From: an uncultured Ignavibacteriaceae bacterium
Lineage (GTDB): Bacteria > Bacteroidota > Ignavibacteria > Ignavibacteriales > Ignavibacteriaceae
Reading direction: 5' to 3'
DNA length: 37,250 nt
NCBI GenBank assembly: GCA_964510675.1
Contig: CAZECH010000001.1
Span: 1 to 37,250 of the forward strand
Below, one piece after another: positions 7,470 to 18,500 of the stretch (its first letter is position 1; every line of letters starts with the position of its first letter). The notes under the pieces are model-generated. The model saw only the letters and a program-made list of their open reading frames with translations. It did not search any database and was not told where the DNA came from. The translations under genes were made by a program, and so were the position numbers.

Positions 7470-9845
7470 ATGCGGTTTCTTATTCTTCTTCTTATTGTTT
7501 CCAATTCTGTAATCATTTCACAAACCTATCAGTTTTCCGTTTCAGGAAAGGTTATCAACTCATTTGATAAATCTCCTTTAGCAAGTGCTAATATTTTTGT
7601 AAAAGAAAATCCTGATAAAGAAAATCAATTCTCAACAGGTACTGTAACTGATTCTTCAGGAAGGTTTAAAATTAAACTTCCGTATGGCAATTATACTTTA
7701 ACAGCAAGTTATGTTGGATATGAAAAGTATGAAATAAAATTTACTTTGTCTGAAGAGAACTCTATAATCGAAATAATTATTGAACTTAAACCAACCGCTG
7801 TGATAGGAAAAGAGGTAACAGTAACAGGAGACAGGAGACAACCTTCAAATGTTATACAAGAGATTGAACAAAAAGACATGAAAAGAATGCCTACTATTTA
7901 TAACGATGTTTTGCGTGCTGTTCAGATACTGCCGGGAGTTTCGAGCAGCAGTGAGTTAAGCAGCGGTTACAATGTTCGTGGTGGGAACTTTGATGATAAT
8001 CTTATTTACCTGAATGATTTTGAAATCTACAGGCCATTTTTATTAAGGCAGGGGATTGAAGAAAATAAATCTATAATAAATCCCGATCTTGTGGAGGAAT
8101 TCCGGTTTTATAATGGTTCTTTCCCGGCTTCGCATGGAGATAAAATGTCTTCTGCTCTTGAAGTAAATTACACTGTTAATGAAATAGATTCTCTAATAGT
8201 TTTTGCAAAGGTAGATTTTCTTAGTGCTGGTTTAACTTTAAAGAACAAATTCGGTGATTTGAAATATGCTACAGCATTTCGTTATGCATATCCCGGTTTA
8301 TTTCTTAATGAACTTCAGACAAACGGAGATTACAAGCCATCGTTCGGGGATTTTCAATTAATAACGAATTATACCTTAGGTTCTAAGGATAACCTGGAAG
8401 TTCTCTTTATTTATGCTGACAATAAGTTTGATTTAACTCCATCCGATTGGATTGGAAATTTCGGAGGGTTTGCTCGTGGAGATATTAGAGGTCTTGATAT
8501 TATTTATAATGGTGAAAGAAAATATTCTTTTATAACCAGTCTTGTAGGATTAAAATATTCGTCCCTATTAAAAGATGACCTCCAATTAAAATTTTCCGCT
8601 GCAAGATACAACACAATAGAAGATGAGTATTCAAACATTGCTTCTGAATACTATTATTTACCCGATGCAAATGATAATTCCAATAAAGAGTTTATAAAAT
8701 TTGCAGCCGAAAATGTAAACAGCAATCTTAATCTTACCAGCTATGAATTTATCCCTGAAATCAATTTTAAAAAAGAAAATCATTTTATAACTGCGGGAGT
8801 AAATATTCGCTTAACGGATTTAAAAAATAAAATTGATGAATCATTTAACGAAATCAGTGATTCTTTATTATATGATTTGCCTGACGACAGATCCATCAAC
8901 GAGAAGTTTAAACTAAATTCCTATTCAGCTTTTTTTCAGGATGACTTTAAACTTTTTGAAGATTTTTTTGCCAATGCGGGAATCAGAGCAAATTATTACT
9001 TGTATAACAAAGAATTTTTAATCAGTCCAAGAATTATTCTGAATTTTATTCCTTCAATAAAACATAGCCTGACTTTAAGCTGGGGATATTATTATCAGCC
9101 TCCCTATTATTCTGAACTAAGAAATAAAGAAGTAAATGCCGGTTCAAAATTAAAAGCGCAAAGATCAATTCATTATTCATTGGGTTGGGAATATCAATTT
9201 AAAGAAAAACTTAAGTTTAATATGGAAGCTTACTATAAAGATATGGATAACTTAATTCCTTATTACATTGACCGTGAGAAAACAGAATATTTAAACGAGA
9301 ACAGCAATAAAGGTTTTGCTTATGGATTTGATCTAATGGTACAGGGAGAAATAATTGAAGGAATGAACAGCTGGTTGGGATATGGCTATCTTAACACACA
9401 GGAAAAAAATAAATTCAATGGTGAATCTTATCATCGACGCCTTCCGGATCAGACGCATACTTTACAGGTTTTCCTCCAGGATAAAATAAGAAAGCACCCA
9501 AACTGGCAGTCACATTTCCGTTTGTTGTTCGGCAGTGGTTTTTTGTACAACTTCAGAGAAGTTGTTACAGATCCTGAATCGGGAAAAAGATTTATAAAAA
9601 TATCGGTAGATAAATTGAAGGAATTCTTTATGTACTTCCGGGTTGATATGGGATTGTCAGCGAGCTTCGATATAGGAAATTCAAAAAATCTTATTGTTGT
9701 TATAGAAGTCCTTAATCTCTTCGATCACAATAATTATGGAGGGTTTCGTTTTGTCCAGGTTTCAAAAGAAATGCAAAATATTTTTGCCATTCCTCAGGTT
9801 TTGAGTAAAAGGTTTTTTAATGTCAGCCTTGAACTAAGATTTTAG
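7470..9845 (+). CDS. TonB-dependent receptor with N-terminal CarboxypepD_reg-like domain
   Basis: Signal peptide MRFLILLLIVSNSVIISQ. Carboxypeptidase-regulatory-like domain (SGKVINSFDKSPLASANIFV...GNYTLTASYVGYEKYE). Plug-like region (MPTIYNDVLRAVQILPGVSS, GYNVRGG). A long beta-barrel portion ends in an aromatic residue (SLELRF). Confidence 0.85.
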   Translation: MRFLILLLIVSNSVIISQTYQFSVSGKVINSFDKSPLASANIFVKENPDKENQFSTGTVTDSSGRFKIKLPYGNYTLTASYVGYEKYEIKFTLSEENSIIEIIIELKPTAVIGKEVTVTGDRRQPSNVIQEIEQKDMKRMPTIYNDVLRAVQILPGVSSSSELSSGYNVRGGNFDDNLIYLNDFEIYRPFLLRQGIEENKSIINPDLVEEFRFYNGSFPASHGDKMSSALEVNYTVNEIDSLIVFAKVDFLSAGLTLKNKFGDLKYATAFRYAYPGLFLNELQTNGDYKPSFGDFQLITNYTLGSKDNLEVLFIYADNKFDLTPSDWIGNFGGFARGDIRGLDIIYNGERKYSFITSLVGLKYSSLLKDDLQLKFSAARYNTIEDEYSNIASEYYYLPDANDNSNKEFIKFAAENVNSNLNLTSYEFIPEINFKKENHFITAGVNIRLTDLKNKIDESFNEISDSLLYDLPDDRSINEKFKLNSYSAFFQDDFKLFEDFFANAGIRANYYLYNKEFLISPRIILNFIPSIKHSLTLSWGYYYQPPYYSELRNKEVNAGSKLKAQRSIHYSLGWEYQFKEKLKFNMEAYYKDMDNLIPYYIDREKTEYLNENSNKGFAYGFDLMVQGEIIEGMNSWLGYGYLNTQEKNKFNGESYHRRLPDQTHTLQVFLQDKIRKHPNWQSHFRLLFGSGFLYNFREVVTDPESGKRFIKISVDKLKEFFMYFRVDMGLSASFDIGNSKNLIVVIEVLNLFDHNNYGGFRFVQVSKEMQNIFAIPQVLSKRFFNVSLELRF

Positions 9846-9985
9846 AACAAATTATTATCCTGGAAATTTTCAAGAAGGATTAAATAATCTCCTTAAATAT
9901 CCGATAATAGAGTTGTATTAATAAAATTGAAGTATAGATATATAAAATATACTCGAAAACGTAAAAATCAATCATTCGAACTAAA

Positions 9986-12900
9986 ATGTTTTTAACCTCT
10001 TATTGGCCTGAAGGTTTAATTAAAAAGAAATTCACTTCATTGTTAAAAACGCTAATAATATTCTTTTTTTTTACATTAAATTTTAATACCCAAGGGCAGA
10101 AACTTAATATTATTGGGCATCTTTCCATTGAAGACGGGCTTTCATTGAGCATAGTTACTAAAATTATACAAGATAAAAGAGGCTTTTTGTGGTTCGGTAC
10201 ATATAATGGTTTAAATAGGTATGATGGGTATAACTTTAAAATTTTCCTTCCGGAACATACTAATCGTTTCAGCATCTCCAATTATTCTATTTGGGCAATG
10301 TATGAAGACAGTAAGGGATATATATGGATTGGCACAATGGAAGGATTAAACAGGTATGATTGGAAGACTGAGAAATTTTATAGGTATATGAATGATCCCA
10401 AAGACCCAAATAGTCTGAGTAACAATTATGTTTTATCTATTTATGAAGATAAATCCGGGCGCATTATTGTTGGCACTCAGAACGGTTTGAATATATATAA
10501 TAGGGAAAAAGATAATTTTGCTGTAACAAAAAAAATTAGTAATGAACTTAATGTTGATTCCCTTAATAGTGTTACTTGTACAGAAGAAGATTATCAAAGT
10601 AATATCTGGCTTGGTACATGGAAAGGATTAACCTGTTTAAAAAAAGATGGCAGCATTGAAAATGTAATTTTACCTGGATCAAAAGATTTAATAACTTTCA
10701 GATATAATCAAATTTCTGATATATATGCAGATAATAATAAGAATTTATGGGTTGGAACAAATAATGGTCAGGGACTATTTAAATATAATCTGGAGAGCAA
10801 AACTTTTTCTAATTATTCAAATACACCCAAAAATCCTCAAAGCATTTCTGATAATCGTATAAACTTTATATTTAGAGATGAGTTGAATAGTCTATGGGTT
10901 GGAACAAAAAACGGTTTGAATAAATTCGATCCTGCAACAAATAAATTTGAAAGATTTTATCACGATCCCATTAATTCCTTTAGTATTATTAATAATGATG
11001 TACTTTCAATTTTAATCGATAAGACAGAATTATTATGGATCGGAACATCCGGTGGAATTAGTAAAGGTTATCAACCGATTAATAGTTTCGGATTTTATTC
11101 CAAAAATTTTAAGGGTTCAAAATTCAATTTAAGTAGTACCAGGGTAACTTCTGTAAAAATTGATCATAGCCAAAATATTTGGATAGCTACTCCCGAAGGA
11201 TTAGATGAAATTAGAAATAGTACTAATCAACTTATCCGTTATAAGCACATACCTGGAAATAAAAACAGCCTAAGTGATAATTTTGTTATGTCGGTTACCG
11301 AGGACAATTCAGGGATAATCTGGATTGGTACCGAGGGAAGTGGTTTAAATAGTTATGATCCGCAAAATGGAAAATTTGCGAACTACTCTTATAAAGAATC
11401 AGATTTTCAGTCAATTAGTAATAATGGAATTGTGTCAATCTGTGTTGACCGTAATAATAATTTGTGGGTTGGGACATGGTGGGGGCTTAATTTATTGGAT
11501 GAGAAACGGACTAAGTTTGAAAGATTTACAAATTTTAAAAACAATCTTATCTGGGTAATTTATGAAGATTCTAAAGGTATGCTCTGGACCGGAACAGATG
11601 GCGGTGGTGTCAATGAATTTAATCCGAAAACTAAAACCTTCAGGAATTTTATGCATGACACAACCGGAATAAACAATATTTGTGGTAACAGAGTAATATC
11701 TATACTAGAATCAAAAGACGGAATAATGTGGTTTGGTACACTTGATGGTTTAAGCAATTATGATCGTAATACCGGACAATTTAAAACTTACGGTATAAAT
11801 AATGGTTTACCAAGCAATTCTATAAACAGTATTAATGAAGATAAAAAAGGTTTTCTATGGATTGGTACTGAAAATGGCATATCGAAATTTGACCGTAAAA
11901 ATGGTGTATTTAAAAATTATAATAAAAGAAATGGGCTACCAGAGATACAATTTTCTGCAAATGCTTCCGACCAATCAATAGATGGGCATATTTATTCGGG
12001 AACAGTTAATGGATTGATGTTTTTTAACCCAGATAGCATAAAAGATAGTCATATAAACGTATCTATAGTATTTACTGACTTGAAATTATTTAACCAGTCT
12101 ATTCTTATTTCTCAAGAAGGGAATTCAATATTAAATGAATCAATTACGGGAGTTAAAAATGTTAATATACCATATAATAGTGATGTAATTACAATTGAAT
12201 TTGCTTCACTAGATTTCTTCAATGTAAAGAGAAATAAATTTCAATATAAACTCGAGGGTTTTGATAAAGGATGGAATGATGTAGGGACAAGGAACAGCGC
12301 AACATACACAAATTTACCCCCGGGGGATTATACCTTCTTTGTTAAAGTGTCTAATCCTGAAAGTTTCAGGAAGGCAAAAGAAGCTTCGTTAAAAATAACA
12401 ATTGTTCCTTTGTACTACCAAACCTGGTGGTTCAAAGTCCTTTTGGCTGTTGTACTTTTTTTGGGGACAATAATGATTGTTCAAATGAGAATCTCCAGAA
12501 TAAAAAAACTGAATAAAATTCTTGGTAACCGGGTAGCCGAACGTACAAAAGATCTTGACAAAACCATTAATGAACTGAACCAGAAAATTGGCGAAAGAAA
12601 AACAGCTGAGTCAATAGTTCAGACATCTCTTAAGGAAAAAGAAGTTTTATTAAAAGAAATTCATCACAGGGTTAAAAATAATCTGCAGGTTATTTCAAGC
12701 CTGCTTTATCTGAATTCAAAGAAAATAAATGATAGAGAAGTGCTTGAAATGTTTAAAGACAGCCAGAACAGAGTTAAGTCAATAGCACTTGTTCATGAAA
12801 GACTTTACCAGTCGAAGGATCTTGGTCGAATAGATTTTAAAGATTATGCGCAGAAATTAACTAATGATCTTATGCGTTCTTACGCTGTAAACCAGGCTTC

Positions 12901-13294
12901 CATTACACTTGAAAATAATATTGAGAATATTTTTATAAGCATTGATACTGCCGTTCCATGTGGATTGATTATAAATGAGCTTATATCAAATTCATTTAAA
13001 TATGCTTTTCCAAATTATGAAGCAGAGAAAAAAAATGGGATAATCAGTATAAATTTTAATCATCTCGGTGGTAACCAATTGCTTCTTGTAGTAAGTGATA
13101 ATGGAATAGGTATTCAGGGCGATATTGAAGAAAAGAAAAACAGTTCCTTAGGTCTGCAATTGGTGGAGACATTGGTTGCACAACTTGAAGGAACTCTGGA
13201 GATTGATTTAACTAAAGGGACTTCATTTATAATTAAATTTATGAACCCACAAGCTAAACAAAAATCAAATCTTAAATTTCTGCATAATTCCTAA
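9986..13294 (+). CDS. Two-component-regulator-propeller / Y_Y_Y sensor histidine kinase with HisKA_2 transmitter
   Basis: 1102 aa. N-terminal hydrophobic segment. Many Reg_prop-type repeats (GFLWFGTYNGLNRYD, GYIWIGTMEGLNRYD, LWVGTKNGLNKFD and others). Y_Y_Y-like Ig domain (FQYKLEGFDKGWNDVGTRNSATYTNLPPGDYTFFVK). TM helix WWFKVLLAVVLFLGTIMIV, then a coiled coil. HisKA_2 H-box EIHHRVKNNLQVISSLL and HATPase_c (VSDNGIGI, LGLQLVETLVAQL). No REC or HTH. Confidence 0.9.
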   Translation: MFLTSYWPEGLIKKKFTSLLKTLIIFFFFTLNFNTQGQKLNIIGHLSIEDGLSLSIVTKIIQDKRGFLWFGTYNGLNRYDGYNFKIFLPEHTNRFSISNYSIWAMYEDSKGYIWIGTMEGLNRYDWKTEKFYRYMNDPKDPNSLSNNYVLSIYEDKSGRIIVGTQNGLNIYNREKDNFAVTKKISNELNVDSLNSVTCTEEDYQSNIWLGTWKGLTCLKKDGSIENVILPGSKDLITFRYNQISDIYADNNKNLWVGTNNGQGLFKYNLESKTFSNYSNTPKNPQSISDNRINFIFRDELNSLWVGTKNGLNKFDPATNKFERFYHDPINSFSIINNDVLSILIDKTELLWIGTSGGISKGYQPINSFGFYSKNFKGSKFNLSSTRVTSVKIDHSQNIWIATPEGLDEIRNSTNQLIRYKHIPGNKNSLSDNFVMSVTEDNSGIIWIGTEGSGLNSYDPQNGKFANYSYKESDFQSISNNGIVSICVDRNNNLWVGTWWGLNLLDEKRTKFERFTNFKNNLIWVIYEDSKGMLWTGTDGGGVNEFNPKTKTFRNFMHDTTGINNICGNRVISILESKDGIMWFGTLDGLSNYDRNTGQFKTYGINNGLPSNSINSINEDKKGFLWIGTENGISKFDRKNGVFKNYNKRNGLPEIQFSANASDQSIDGHIYSGTVNGLMFFNPDSIKDSHINVSIVFTDLKLFNQSILISQEGNSILNESITGVKNVNIPYNSDVITIEFASLDFFNVKRNKFQYKLEGFDKGWNDVGTRNSATYTNLPPGDYTFFVKVSNPESFRKAKEASLKITIVPLYYQTWWFKVLLAVVLFLGTIMIVQMRISRIKKLNKILGNRVAERTKDLDKTINELNQKIGERKTAESIVQTSLKEKEVLLKEIHHRVKNNLQVISSLLYLNSKKINDREVLEMFKDSQNRVKSIALVHERLYQSKDLGRIDFKDYAQKLTNDLMRSYAVNQASITLENNIENIFISIDTAVPCGLIINELISNSFKYAFPNYEAEKKNGIISINFNHLGGNQLLLVVSDNGIGIQGDIEEKKNSSLGLQLVETLVAQLEGTLEIDLTKGTSFIIKFMNPQAKQKSNLKFLHNS
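12629..13240 (+). repeat. Conserved HisKA_2-HATPase transmitter module, copy 1 of 3 (coding paralogy)
   Basis: LKEKEVLLKEIHHRVKNNLQVISSLLYLNSKK...LGLQLVETLVAQLEG...F.IKF aligns without gaps to 14907-15524 and 18187-18798. Confidence 0.85.
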
Positions 13295-13475
13295 AATTAA
13301 GACTATTACCTTAAATAACCCTCTCAAACTCAATAAGTACAATCTTTATTCGATAATGAATTAGGGATTTTATGCAAAAAATGAAATTCATTTGGAATTT
13401 TTATAAAAAATATAAGGTAGAACACCAGGCTGGGAATATTGCCGAAACTCAAATCAAGCAACCACAATAAACTAA

Positions 13476-15527
13476 ATGAAAATTTTTAGGAAAATATTTA
13501 AAACTACCACCGATAATATTTTATCTAATGAATGGCATAAGGGTATCCTTGTAAGGACAGCATTTCATTCGTGGATTTTGATAATCCTTACCCTATTAAT
13601 TTTTATTGTAGGAACGCTCCCGTATCAACTTAAAATAATTGAAGACAGAATGAAATCGGAGGCTAATGATATTGCCGGTTCAATTGGTCTGGTAACCGCA
13701 ACGGCAATAATAAATAATGATTTTGGAACAACCGTTGACCATTGTATGAAAATAGTTAAGCAAAGTAGTTCAATTCTTTATATAACTATAATCAGGAATG
13801 ACGGCTTTTCATTAATTCATACCGCAAATGGGTGGAAACAGGAAACAGTTAATGACGATCTTAACATTCTTCAGGATAATGAAATTACCAATGAGTTCGT
13901 CTTCAGCAAGTTAGTTAAGCAGGAAGTTTTTCATTATTCATTTCCTTTTAGCTATTCCGGTATAGATTGGGGAAGAATTAATGTAGGGTTATCATTAAAA
14001 AATTACAATCAGAATATTGACGACATATACTTCAGAACATTCTGGCTTGCTATTTCATCAATACTTTTAAGCTTGCTCGCCTCAGTTTACTTTGCTAAAA
14101 AACTTACGCAGCCTATACGCCGGCTTGATAATGTTGCTCGAAAAGTTGCAGAAGGCAACCTGGATGCACGGGTTAAAATTGATAGTAAAGATGAGATTGG
14201 AAGGCTTTCGCATTCATTTAATAAAATGACTGAATCCTTAAAGGGTTCACAGGATAACTTAGAAAAAAAAGTTGAATTAAGAACTGCAGAATTAAAAAAA
14301 ATTAACAAAATTCTTCATAATGAAATTAAGGAAAGACTTTCTGTAGAAAACACTCTTAAGCAATATAATTCAAGACTTGAAGCTTTTGATAAAATATATA
14401 GGGGAATTATTTCCGCTAAATCAGTTGATGAGATTATAATGGAAACTTTAACACAACTTCCTACACTTTTTACTTTTATTGATCAGGCAGCAGTGACAGT
14501 TTTTGATTATATAACTGATACAATAGATGTACGGACAGCTGATTTTAACTCAAACATAAATCCATCCCTCTCAACAGTTAAAATTCCAATTAACTATACT
14601 GTATTGAATGATAAAGAAAACCCGCTAAATGGAGCTTACTTTGTTAATGATATTCGTCTCATAAAGAAAATGTTACCTTTGGATGATGAATTATTTTCGG
14701 GGGGATTTCTTTCCTACTTAACTATACCCTTAATAATAGATAATAACCGGATTGGTAATTTAAGTATAGCATCTAAAACAACCGATCACTTTAATGAAGC
14801 GCAAAAAGAAATTCTTTTAGTTGTCACAAATCAGCTGGCTGTAGCTATTAATCAGGCTCAGCTCCAGGCAAAAATAAATGGGCATGCAAAAAGCTTACAG
14901 AATTCATTATCGGAAAAAGAAGTTCTGTTAAAAGAAATTCATCATCGTGTAAAAAACAATCTTCAGGTTATATCAAGTCTTTTGTATCTCAATTCAAAAA
15001 AAATCCAGGATAAAGAAGTTTTAAATATGTTCAAAGAGAGCCAGAACAGGGTAAAATCAATTGCACTTATACATGAAAGATTATATCAATCTAAAGATCT
15101 TGGAAGCATAGATTTTAAAGAATATGTTCAGCGGCTTACTAATGATCTCTTCCGCTCTTATGCTGTTAATCAATCGGTAGTCAGGTTAGATATAAACATA
15201 AACAATGTGTTCGTTAATATTGATACCGCCGTACCCTGTGGTCTGATAATAAATGAGCTTATATCCAATTCATTTAAGTATGCTTTCCCGAATTACGAAG
15301 CAGAAAATAAAACTGGGATAATTAGGATTGACTTTACACGATTGAATGAAAATGAATTATCTCTTGTAGTAAGTGACGATGGTATAGGTATACCGCAGAG
15401 TATAAACGAGAAGAAGAATGGTTCTTTGGGATTGCAGTTAGTAGAAACTTTAGTTGCCCAGCTGGAAGGTATTTTGGAAATAGATGGAAGCTCCGGTACA
15501 ACCTTTAAAATTAAATTCGCGGTTTAA
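13476..15527 (+). CDS. Periplasmic-sensor / HAMP / GAF-like sensor histidine kinase with HisKA_2 transmitter
   Basis: 683 aa. Two TM segments (WILIILTLLIFIVGTL and FWLAISSILLSLLASVYF) flank a periplasmic region of about 130 aa. HAMP (PIRRLDNVARKVAEGNLDARV...EIGRLSHSFNKM), a coiled coil and a GAF-like region follow. The C-terminus is the same HisKA_2/HATPase module as the neighbouring genes. Confidence 0.9.
   Translation: MKIFRKIFKTTTDNILSNEWHKGILVRTAFHSWILIILTLLIFIVGTLPYQLKIIEDRMKSEANDIAGSIGLVTATAIINNDFGTTVDHCMKIVKQSSSILYITIIRNDGFSLIHTANGWKQETVNDDLNILQDNEITNEFVFSKLVKQEVFHYSFPFSYSGIDWGRINVGLSLKNYNQNIDDIYFRTFWLAISSILLSLLASVYFAKKLTQPIRRLDNVARKVAEGNLDARVKIDSKDEIGRLSHSFNKMTESLKGSQDNLEKKVELRTAELKKINKILHNEIKERLSVENTLKQYNSRLEAFDKIYRGIISAKSVDEIIMETLTQLPTLFTFIDQAAVTVFDYITDTIDVRTADFNSNINPSLSTVKIPINYTVLNDKENPLNGAYFVNDIRLIKKMLPLDDELFSGGFLSYLTIPLIIDNNRIGNLSIASKTTDHFNEAQKEILLVVTNQLAVAINQAQLQAKINGHAKSLQNSLSEKEVLLKEIHHRVKNNLQVISSLLYLNSKKIQDKEVLNMFKESQNRVKSIALIHERLYQSKDLGSIDFKEYVQRLTNDLFRSYAVNQSVVRLDININNVFVNIDTAVPCGLIINELISNSFKYAFPNYEAENKTGIIRIDFTRLNENELSLVVSDDGIGIPQSINEKKNGSLGLQLVETLVAQLEGILEIDGSSGTTFKIKFAV
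14907..15524 (+). repeat. Conserved HisKA_2-HATPase transmitter module, copy 2 of 3
   Basis: It aligns without gaps to copies 1 and 3, although the upstream sensor part of this gene is unrelated to theirs. Confidence 0.85.
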
Positions 15528-15531
15528 AAAA

Positions 15532-18500
15532 ATGATTTTTATTAAATATCCAGGTAATATCAAATTAAGCTTTATTTATAAATCAGTTTTATGGCTGGTA
15601 TTTCTATCGTTTGTGAATTTATTTGCGCAGGAAGATGAAATACAATTCAACCATATAACTGCAGAAGACGGGCTGTCTTTAAATATAGTTACTGAAGTAT
15701 TTCAGGATAGCAAAGGTTTTTTATGGTTTGGTACTTATAATGGTTTAAATAGGTTCGATGGTTACAGTTTTAAAATTTTTCAACCTGATCCTTCAAATTC
15801 CAAAAGTATATCCAGCCATTCAATACTGGATATTTATGAGGATAGCAAAGGATATATCTGGATTGCCACAAGCGATGGATTGAATAAATTCGACTGGAAG
15901 ACAGAAGATTTTATTAAGTATAAAAACAATCCTAAAGACTCCAATAGTTTAAGTTACAATTATATCTATTCTGTTTTTGAGGATAGTGAACGTACAATAT
16001 GGATTGGTACTTCCTATGGATTAAATAAATATAACAAGGAACAAGATAATTTCCCTGTTATCAAAGTAAATGCAGGGCCTAACCTTGGTTCTCCCAATGC
16101 AATTACGAGTATAACGGAAGACTTAAGAGGGAATATATGGGTTGGGACATGGGATGGACTATATTGTCTGAAGAAAGATGGTACAATCGTTAGCAAATTT
16201 ACGATCGATGAAAAAAATCCCAACTCGTTAAGCAGTAATGAAATATCAGTAATGTTAGTAGATAATGAAGAGAATTTTTGGATAGGAACAAACGGTGGAG
16301 GAATTAATAGATATGATTTTAAAACGGGATATTTTATTCATTATAAAGCAGATCCTAAAAATCCATTCAGTATTTCAAGCGATTTTATTAACGATATATA
16401 TCAGGACAAACTGAATAATCTGTGGATTGGAACCAAAGACGGCTTAAATAAATTTGATTGGAAGCATAAAAGGTTCAGTAAAATATTTCACGATCCTCTG
16501 AAACCGTTAAGCATAATTAATAACGATATACTTTCTATAAATGAAGATGAAACAGGAATTATTTGGATTGGCTCTTCCGGGGGAATAAGCCGTTTTAATC
16601 AATCGACGAATAAATTCAATTACTACAGGGAGGACAAATCAAATCCCGAAGATGGTATTAGTAGTAATAGAGTTAATGCTGTATTTATAGACAGCAAAAA
16701 GAATATATGGGTCGGAACAAAAAATGGATTGGATAAAATTAATAAAGAAGAAAATCAAATAACTCATTATAAAAATATTCCGAATGTTAACAGTTTGAAT
16801 GATAATTATGTAAAATCGGTTGTTGAGGATCATAATGGAATAATTTGGATTGGTACTGATGAAGAAGGATTGAACAGGCTTAATCCTGTTACCGGGGAAT
16901 TTAAAGCATATAAATATATCTCTGGGGATAATGAATCCTTAAGTAATGATGGAGTTCATGCTCTTTGTGAAGATCGTAATGGAAATTTATGGATAGATAC
17001 ATACAATGGTTTAAGTCGCTTTGATAAAAGTAATGAAAAATTTATCAGGTATTCACCTGATCCCTCCAATCCTAATTCTTTAAAAAATGGTATTATCTGG
17101 GTTATATATGAAGATTCCGAAGGAATGCTTTGGATGGGAACTGATGGCGGGGGAGTAAGTAAGTTTAACCCCAAAACGAATGTTTTTAAAACTTATTTAT
17201 TTGACTCCACAAACAATAGCGGACTCAGAATCTATTCCATAATAGAATCAAAAGATAAACTTATGTGGTTCGGTACAACTGAGGGATTAAATTGTTACAA
17301 CCGGAAAACCGGGGAAATGATTTTGTATACTAAGGAAGATGGATTACCGAGTAATGCTGTAAACAGTATTGTTGAAGATGATAATGGAAATTTATGGATA
17401 AGTTCTGATAAAGGGCTGTCAAAGTTTGATCGGAAAGCAGGAATATTCCAGACTTATACCAAAAGAGATGGGCTAATGGGGAATGACTTCTGTATCAATG
17501 CTGTGTTAAAAGCAGAAAACAGTGTTATATACTTTGGCGCTAGTGATGGTTTATTATTTTTTAATCCCCGTAATATAAAAGATGTTCACTTAACTGCACG
17601 GGTTGTCTTCACGGATTTAAAAATCTATAACCAGTCTGTTACAATTTCCACTGGCGGAAATTCAATTTTAAAGGAGTCAATTACAGGTGCTAAAAGTATT
17701 AGCATACCTTATGAGAATGATGTTATAACTATTGATTTTGCACTCCTTGACTATTTCAATGTTAAAAGAAACAGGTTTGTATATAAGCTTGAAGGTTTTG
17801 AAAAGGAATGGAATGATGCTGTAAAGAGCAATTCAGCTACGTACACTAACTTAACTACCGGAAAATATACATTTTACGATAAAGCATTTCATGGCGATGG
17901 CGGGGGAGATTTAAAAGAAACATCTATTGATATAATAATAGTTCCTGCATTTTATCAGACCTGGTGGTTTAAAATTATCGTGGCTGTAGGATTGTTCTTT
18001 TTTACGGTAATTATTTTTAGGGGAAAAACCAGGAAAATAACCAATGAAAACAAGATACTTGAAAGCCGTGTAACAGAGCGTACAAAGGCCCTCGATAAAA
18101 CTATAGATGAACTTAGCCAGGAAATTGAAGAAAGGAAAAAAGCTGAAGAAAAAGTCCAGGCTTCCCTTAAAGAAAATGAGATTCACCTGAAAGAAAAAGA
18201 AGTATTGCTAAAAGAAATTCACCACAGAGTAAAAAATAATCTTCAGGTTATTTCCAGCTTGCTTTATCTTAATTCAAAAAAGATAAATGATAGTAAAGCA
18301 CTGGATATATTTAAAGACAGCCAGAACAGGGTTAAGTCAATTGCTTTAGTTCATGAGAGGCTTTATCAATCAAAAGACCTTGGCAAAATTGATTTTAACG
18401 ATTATGTACAAAAGCTTACCAAGGATCTGCTACGGTCTTATGCTGTGAATCAATCCGTTATTCAGCTTGATATAAATATTAATAACGTTTTTATAAATAT

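Noticed and set aside
13372-13470. A short ORF (MQKMKFIWNFYKKYKVEHQAGNIAETQIKQPQ) in the spacer before the HAMP-GAF kinase.
   Set aside because: It has only a weak SD-like sequence and no hydrophobic or recognisable motif. It sits where the kinase promoter is expected. The evidence is insufficient.
15484-15531. The upstream extension of the third HisKA_2 kinase ORF (MEAPVQPLKLNSRFKK...).
   Set aside because: It would overlap the preceding kinase by 44 nt. The in-frame ATG at 15532 gives a start 4 nt after the upstream stop and an N-terminus with a hydrophobic segment, matching its paralog.
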